Below, piece after piece: positions 8,791-14,565 of a stretch of 14,565 nucleotides of DNA. Within the stretch, counting starts at the first letter, position 1, and every line of letters begins with the position of its first letter. Position numbers and translations under genes: made by a program. The DNA comes from Azolla caroliniana (lineage: Eukaryota > Plantae > Polypodiophyta), in assembly GCA_043228905.1 (NCBI GenBank), contig JBHGNT010000857.1:1-14565 (forward strand). Reading direction: 5' to 3'. Under the pieces are notes generated by a model. The model saw only the letters and a program-made list of their open reading frames with translations, had not been told where the DNA came from and did no database searches.

Positions 8791-9560
8791 TGTCGTGGAG
8801 AAAACCGTCCCTAGATGGAATCGGAGAATATCGGGAGAAACGGCGGTGTGCACCATGTGTACTCACCCTTGTATAAACATGTGAATAGTAGGAGTCAAGT
8901 CGGGACAGAGAATCCCATGTAAGTCAGGATTTATCCCACATTGTAATGCATCCCTCTCCTTGTTCTATAAAAGGAAGGGGTGGTCCCTTGTAGAAGTTGC
9001 CCATTTTTGCATTCATAGGGTATATCGTTGGATTAAGAGACATCATCTCTTTCTCTTCCTCTTGTTTAGGGTTTCGTTTCTTCTTCTTTCCTTTGCTTCT
9101 TCCTCTTCGTCGTTCTATGTATCGAGAGGGACTTCTAGTGTTTCTGTTTGTTGCACCATCCCCTATGCAAGACCCCGCTCAGCGCGACAAGCTCGAGAGC
9201 TCGCCGACTGGCAGCTTGGCAGTAGATGACTGTTGCAACCTGAGCTACTTAGGTCGGGCTCGATGCCAGTATTGTATCTTATTCTTGTAATATATGTGTG
9301 GAGGGTTCTGCGTATCGGTGTCTATGTGGGTGTTTTGGCACCCTCTTACCTCCATTTCTGTACATAAGGGCATGAGTTGGGTCGGTGTGGTGTGTGTGTG
9401 TGTGTGTGAGTCGGTGTCAAGCGCGCGTTCTCTCTCTTTCTCTCTCTCGTTCGGTTGCTTCCGGAACGCGTCTGGAATCTTCTTCTCGGCTTCCCTTCTT
9501 CCCTTGTCCGAGACCCCCGTGGTCCCGCCCTTTTACACACACGCGCGTAATAACGTGACA
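8791..9560 (+). repeat. LTR C1 (770 bp), probably the 3' LTR of a Gypsy-type element
   Basis: TGTCG...GTGACA termini, TATAAAA at 8966-8972, internal (GT)n. Both ends are shared with LTR C2. Confidence 0.8.
9390..9408. repeat. (GT)n microsatellite inside LTR C1
   Basis: Direct reading. Confidence 0.9.
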
Positions 9561-9581
9561 GCACGGTTAGGTGGGGGCGGA
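9561..9581 (+). other. PPT region preceding LTR C2
   Basis: GCACGGTTAGGTGGGGGCGGA, 19/21 identical to 8770-8790. Confidence 0.75.
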
Positions 9582-9779
9582 TGTCGTGGAGAAAACCGTC
9601 CCTAGGCGGAAACCGGGTATAACGTGCGTAAACCGGCCCTTACACGTGGGCACAAGTTTTGTTGTATAGTACGTAGATAGGTACAAGTCGGATGAGGCGA
9701 AATCCTAGGTAGCACGCATTCATTAGGGAGAAAATCGAGGCGTATCCCTGTCCGAAAGGACAAGGAATAAAAATGATGT

Positions 9780-10094
9780 TGTTGAGATATCAAGCTCAAC
9801 TAGTTTAATCTAGTTAGTCAACACATGTAACTTAGTAGTTACCTAGATCGAATCTAGTTAATGTGTTGACCTTAAGCCTTTAAATAGGACCTTGTACTTA
9901 AGTGGGATATTCTAGATCCTCCACTCCTTAGTACATTTAATGTAGGACTTACACATAAGTACCTATGTTCTACCCACACATGTGCACCTTTGCACATGGG
10001 TTGTATATATACCTCATTGTGGGTATTTTTGTAGTTGATGACACTTTTCAATATAGTCAATCATCCCCCATTTATCTTTGTGTTCAAGTGTAAC

Positions 10095-10152
<58 letters not shown>

Positions 10153-10255
10153 TCTCACACACTCTCTCTCTCTCTCTCTCTCTCTCTTCAGCTGCTTAAC
10201 GTAACCATATAATTAGTCTCTAATTAACCATAGTTAATTACCTAATTACTTAACA
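9780..10255 (+). mobile_element. Solo LTR D1 (476 bp, Copia-like termini)
   Basis: TGTTGAG...TTAACA, flanked by GATGT/GATCT (5-bp TSD, 1 mismatch), no PBS or PPT, homologous to 12368-12812. Orientation inferred from TATA followed by (CT)n. Confidence 0.88.
10098..10186. repeat. Interrupted (CT)n microsatellite within solo LTR D1
   Basis: Direct reading; much shorter in the D2 copy. Confidence 0.92.
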
Positions 10256-10857
10256 GATCTAACGGGTGGTAATGGCCTCCCTCCTTGGGCTATAAAAGAG
10301 AGGGAGAGGTATGGTAAAAAGGTATCGCGTTGTGTGGAGGACGAAGTGCTGCCGGACTGGAACCGAGCTCTTCTCCTCTGTCTTCTCCATAGTCGTTCTA
10401 TGCAGGTTTTCGGGAGGCTGACTCTACTCTGCGGAACGCTCGAGTGCTTCCGGTAGAGTCTCCATCTCACGTTCTGTGTGTGTGTGTGTGTGTGTGCAGG
10501 CGTCAGAGCCTATCACTCGCCGGCTTGCCGGTTGTAACTCCTTGGTATATATATATACATATACATTCGTTTGTCTCCATTGTTCAAAGTTAGATGCAAC
10601 TCATGTGAATCTGTGTGTCTGTGCACGTGTGAAGTACATCGGTAGTTTCCTTCCCCTCTTCTCATTCGGTTATTTCTCGGTCCAAGGCCCCCGTGGTCCC
10701 GCCTCGTTCCCCACGCACGCGCGTAACAACGCGACACCGTGATTGTGTGTTCGAGACGCCGACGAAAAAATCCGGCTATCGGCTACCGTAGTGCCGCTAC
10801 GTAGCACGTACACGTGATTGAAGGAAGAAAAACAAAAGAAGAGAAGACACAATCAAC

Positions 10858-12288
10858 ATGAACACCCAAATGGGTAGCTCGCTCCCTAGTGAAAAGCTAG
10901 ACTAGAGCAATTATTCATCTTGGGAGTACAAGATGACCCAATACCTCGTCGGCCAAGGGTATTGGAGCTACATTCACGACGCACTCGAAAACAAGCCCGA
11001 CATCAAAAACACCAACTACCCAGCGTGGGAGCAAGGAGCGAGTCGGGTAATGTATTGCTTGGCAACATGTGTCCACGACCACATTCGAGACGCCAAGACG
11101 CCTAAAGAGGCGTGGGCGAATTTAAAGAAAAATTTCGCCGCCAACACGACCGCCCAAAAGCTTCAACTCCGACAAGAGTTGAACAACATTCGGCAAAAAG
11201 ACATGTCTATGTCAGACTACACCGCCAAGATCAAGAGCATTTGCGACTCACTTGGCTCCATCAACATAAACGTCAACGAAGACGAGATAGTTCAAGTATG
11301 CTTGGGCGGCCTCACACAACGATTCGATCCATTACGGATGGCAATCTTGGCGAGAGAAAACCCTCCCTCATTCATCGACCTCCAATCAATGCTATTGGTT
11401 GAAGAGAACCACGTCCGAACCAAAAGCAAGACGTCGGAAGGACAAATGTTCTTCTCGAATTCGAATGGTGGCCGAGGAGGAAGTCGCGGCGGTAGAAGAG
11501 GTCAATTCGGCCCATCACACGAAGGGAACCCAAACCTTCACGGAAGCCATCAAGGAACTTTCGGAAGAAGGGGGAGCTTCCACGCCAAACAAGGTCGGCA
11601 AACGACGCCCACAACTTGCAATTATTGCGGCAAAGTCGGCCACCATGAGGCGGTGTGTTGGAAAAAGAGAAGTGAGTCGGCTTCAACAAGTCGACAACTC
11701 ATAAACTACGCATCGAACTCCTACTATGACAATCGTAGCGGAATGTTCACGAATCACACATTGAATTCCGACTACGGCGACCGTGGCAGAATGTTCGTAA
11801 TGAGGCATAGAGCGAACTCTATGACGGCCTCCAACTTCGCAAGCACCTCCAATTCGGAAGACGTGCAGTTCGTCGATTCCGGCGCCTCACATCACATGAC
11901 ATCCCACAAGGAGTGGTTCAATGACTTGCGTACACCAGATCGACCCAGCTACATAGAGACGGGAGACAACACCACGCATCCCATTCGACACATCGGCAAT
12001 GTCCCATTCGGGAAAGAAGGCGAGCAAACTTGCATCAAGAATGTCTTGCATGTGCCCACAATAACGAAGAATTTGGTCTCGGTCGGCCAAATCATGGAGC
12101 AAGGCATGCAAGTCTGCTTCAACAACGAAGGTTGTTTCATCGAGAAAGATGGTCAACTCATAGCCAAGGGACGAAGAGACGGTCGAATGTTCATCCTCGA
12201 TTCGAACGAGGTGAAATCGGCAATGTACGCTAAAGGTCTCAAAACCGAGACAAGCATCGAGTTGTGGCACAAGAGAATCGGCCACATG
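10858..12288 (+). pseudogene. gag-pol: Ty1/Copia gag-protease-pre-integrase (segment E)
   Basis: ATG at 10858 in frame with ORF 10933, with TAG at 10903. KLD.SNYSSWEYKM, UBN2-type gag, CNYCGKVGHHEAVC, protease FVDSGASHHMT, NVLHVPTITKNLVSV, LWHKRIGH. Confidence 0.9.
11704..11799 (+). repeat. In-frame 48-bp tandem duplication in the gag-protease linker
   Basis: NYASNSYYDNRSGMFT / NHTLNSDYGDRGRMFV, with a matching 48-nt period in the DNA. Confidence 0.7.
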
Positions 12289-14565
12289 GCACATTAGTCT
12301 CTCGACGGTGCCTTCTGATTCGTCAGCTTTATTGATGACTCGACTCAAAAGGTGTGGGCATATCTGATGTTGAGAGATCAAGCTCAACTTAGTTTAGTTA
12401 GTTAGTCAACAATATAACTTCGTAGTTACCTAAATATAATCTATTTAGAAGTGTTGACTATAATGCCTTAAATAGGACCTTGTACTTATGTGGGATATTC
12501 TAGATCCTCCACTCCTAGGTACATTTAATATAGGACTTACACCTTAGTACCTATATTCTACTCACACATGTGCACCTTTGCACATGAGATAGTATATATA
12601 CCTCATTGTGGGTATTTTTGTATTTGATGATGATAAAGCTAATTTAATATAGTTACTCATCCCCCATCTTGTGTTGTTCATAAGTGTATCTCTCTCTCCC
12701 TCTTCCTCTCACACACATACACACACATATCACTTAATCTTCCGCTTATTAACTTAATCACATAATTAGGTACTAATTAACCCATACTTAATTACTTCCC
12801 TAATTCTTAACATCCGATAAAGACCAAAGATCTAGTGGTTCTCAATTTTCTCTGATTGGCTCGCTATGGTCAAGAATTAGTACGGCCGAAAATTGAAATG
12901 CTTTCGAACAGATAATGGAGGAGAGTTCAAATCTGAAGAATTCGTCAGATTCTGCCGACAACGCGGCATACGACATGAATATACGGCACCCCACAATCCG
13001 GAGCAGAACGGAATTGCCGAGCGGATGAATTGGACAATTCAAGAAAGGATAGTTTCCATGCTCCAACACTTCGGACTATCAGATGGCTTTTGGGAAGAGG
13101 CACTACTTACGCAGTACACATAATCAATATGTCGCCTAGTAGGCCTCTAAGACTTTGGATACCTCAGGAACTATGGAACGGCATCAAGCTGAATTACGAC
13201 AAGCTAAGGATTTTCGGGTGCGAGGCATACGCCCTCATACCGAAAGACGATCGCTGCAAACTTGCACCAAGGTCCCGGAAATGCATTTTCCTCGATTATG
13301 GACCAAATGGTGAAATCGGCTATTGACTCTAGGACCTCGAGCACAGACAGATCGTCTGAAGTTCAAACGTAGTGTTCAATGAGTCAGCCATGCATCAATT
13401 GGCCGAAAAGCTAATTGAAGTCCGAAGGGTAATTTTTTCTAATGTGCCAACCCTTCACGAAGGCCCAACCCGCAACAAAAGATCGGCTTCACGAGTAGCC
13501 GAAACTCTAGCACTGACTCGGCAGCATCCGACTCGGCACAACCGAATGTTTCGGCTTTTGACCATCCGACTTCGATACCCGATGCAACTAGTCTAGTCAT
13601 ACCTCGAAGATCAGTGAGACTGTCGCGGCCCCTAGAGAGATACTCTCCTGGAATCTTCTTTACGGACGCCGGAGAACTGACGTCATACGAAGAAGCATCG
13701 GCATCTGCCGATTCGGCCACCTAGCATCTGGCAATGGAGTCCGAAATGAACTCCATTCGAGCAAACCAAACTTGGGACTTGGTTGAACTACCGAAAAATC
13801 GATGTGCTCTTCCATGCAAATGGGTCTATAGAATTAAAGAGACGTTTGATTCGTCCACCCCAAAATTCAAGGCCAGGTTAGTTGCGAAAGGGTTTCAACA
13901 GGAATGACAACCCTCCCCTTTATGCTCGGCGTCGTGGTAGCCGAGAATTTGGAGTTGATTTAGCTAGATGTCAAAACGGCATTCCTCCATGGTGATCTAG
14001 AGGAGGAAATTTATATGGAGTAGCCGAAAGGCTTCGTCGCACCCGGCCAAGAACATCTAGTCTCCCGACTCAGGAAGAGTCTTTATAGCTTGAAACAAGC
14101 ACCGCGACAATGGTGTTAGAAGTTTGATGACTTCATTCAGTCGGTTGGCTTCTCGAAGAGCGATGAGGACCATTGTCTCTTCACGAAAACAACTTGAGAT
14201 GGGTCACCCATCTTCCTCATCATCTACGTGGACGACATGTTAATCTCCGGTCGGTAAGCCGGAGAGCTTGTCGAACTCTTTCGGCAACTACAGTTTAAGT
14301 TTGCCATGAAGGACCTCGGTTCGGCAAGACACATTCTCGGCATGAAGATCAATCGAAATCGAAATCGAAGACAATTGTGTTTGTCCCAATGCGACTATAT
14401 TACCCGTGTCCTCGAACGCTTCAACATGCAATCGGCTAAACCTACTTCAAACCCGCTCCCCATTAGCCTTTGGCTGTCTCAGCGAGACTGCCCAACATCT
14501 GCTTCGGAGGGGGACATTATGAAGTCGATACCGTATGTACAGGCAATCAGCTCCTTGATGTATGC
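12289..14565 (+). pseudogene. pol: Ty1/Copia integrase core and reverse transcriptase (segment F, Tnt1/Tork-like), interrupted by D2, 3'-partial
   Basis: FVSFIDDSTQKVWAYP / IKTKD across D2, RTDNGGEF, PEQNGIAERMN, LRIFGCEAY, KLAPRSRKCIF; RT TWDLVELP...CKWVY...KARLVAKGF, LDVKTAFLHGDL, YVDD at 14225-14236, MKDLG. Many stops, frameshifts and a deletion near 13905. Confidence 0.92.
12368..12812 (+). mobile_element. Solo LTR D2 (445 bp) inserted in the Copia integrase
   Basis: TGTTGAG...TTAACA with TSD TCTGA/TCCGA. Removing it restores VWAYPIKTKD. Confidence 0.92.

Larger units (their letters stand above)
9582..10736 (+). repeat. LTR C2 (relative of C1), interrupted by solo LTR D1
   Basis: First 24 nt identical to C1 (TGTCGTGGAGAAAACCGTCCCTAG). 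Ends CCCCCGTGGTCCCGCC...CACGCGCGTAACAACGCGACA like C1. TATAAAA at 10291-10297, (TG)n at 10475-10496. Confidence 0.8.

Noticed and set aside
9688-9766. Hammerhead ribozyme (retrozyme-like): CGGATGAG-GCGAAA and a TGTCC-GAAA-GGACA hairpin
   Set aside because: No CTGATGA core, no stem II between the GATGAG and GAAA boxes, and the GAAA-tetraloop hairpin is not flanked by core nucleotides.
10737-10857. LTR C2 as the 5' LTR of Copia segment E
   Set aside because: No PBS follows C2 and it is preceded by a PPT. It is better read as a foreign 3' LTR abutting the Copia leader.
1029-13720. Minus-strand and alternate-frame ORFs overlapping gag/pol (e.g. 1997-2329, 4123-4545, 7157-7531, 11887-12387, 13439-13720)
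   Set aside because: Shadow frames of retroelement coding sequence with no recognisable motifs; 11887-12387 also spans two unrelated junctions.

Overview
This window is entirely repetitive: a nest of LTR retrotransposon pieces with no host gene. It is plant-like, and a non-seed plant such as a fern is my inference from the Tcn1-type chromovirus. (A) 1-2990 is a Ty3/Gypsy chromovirus resembling Tcn1/Tf1-sushi, in permuted order: integrase chromodomain end, PPT, one LTR from 323, intact gag, a -1 frameshift signal, then protease and RT truncated at 2990. Its LTR carries an antisense tRNA-shaped Pol III A/B-box module and a dense heat-shock-element array before the TATA box. (B) 2991-8295 is a nearly complete but degenerate second chromovirus with a 455-bp 5' LTR, a tRNA-iMet PBS, a single gag-pol with stops and frameshifts, a PPT and a truncated 3' LTR (9 differences in 307 bp). 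(C) 8770-10736 holds two related but diverged LTRs separated only by a 21-bp PPT. (D) Two solo LTRs of one family (9780-10255 and 12368-12812) have 5-bp TSDs and a conserved, covarying multi-hairpin and three-way-junction structure. (E/F) 10858-14565 is degenerate Ty1/Copia gag-protease joined abruptly to a Tnt1/Tork-like integrase-RT. Coordinates and alignments were read by eye and clade names come from recalled motifs, not from a search.
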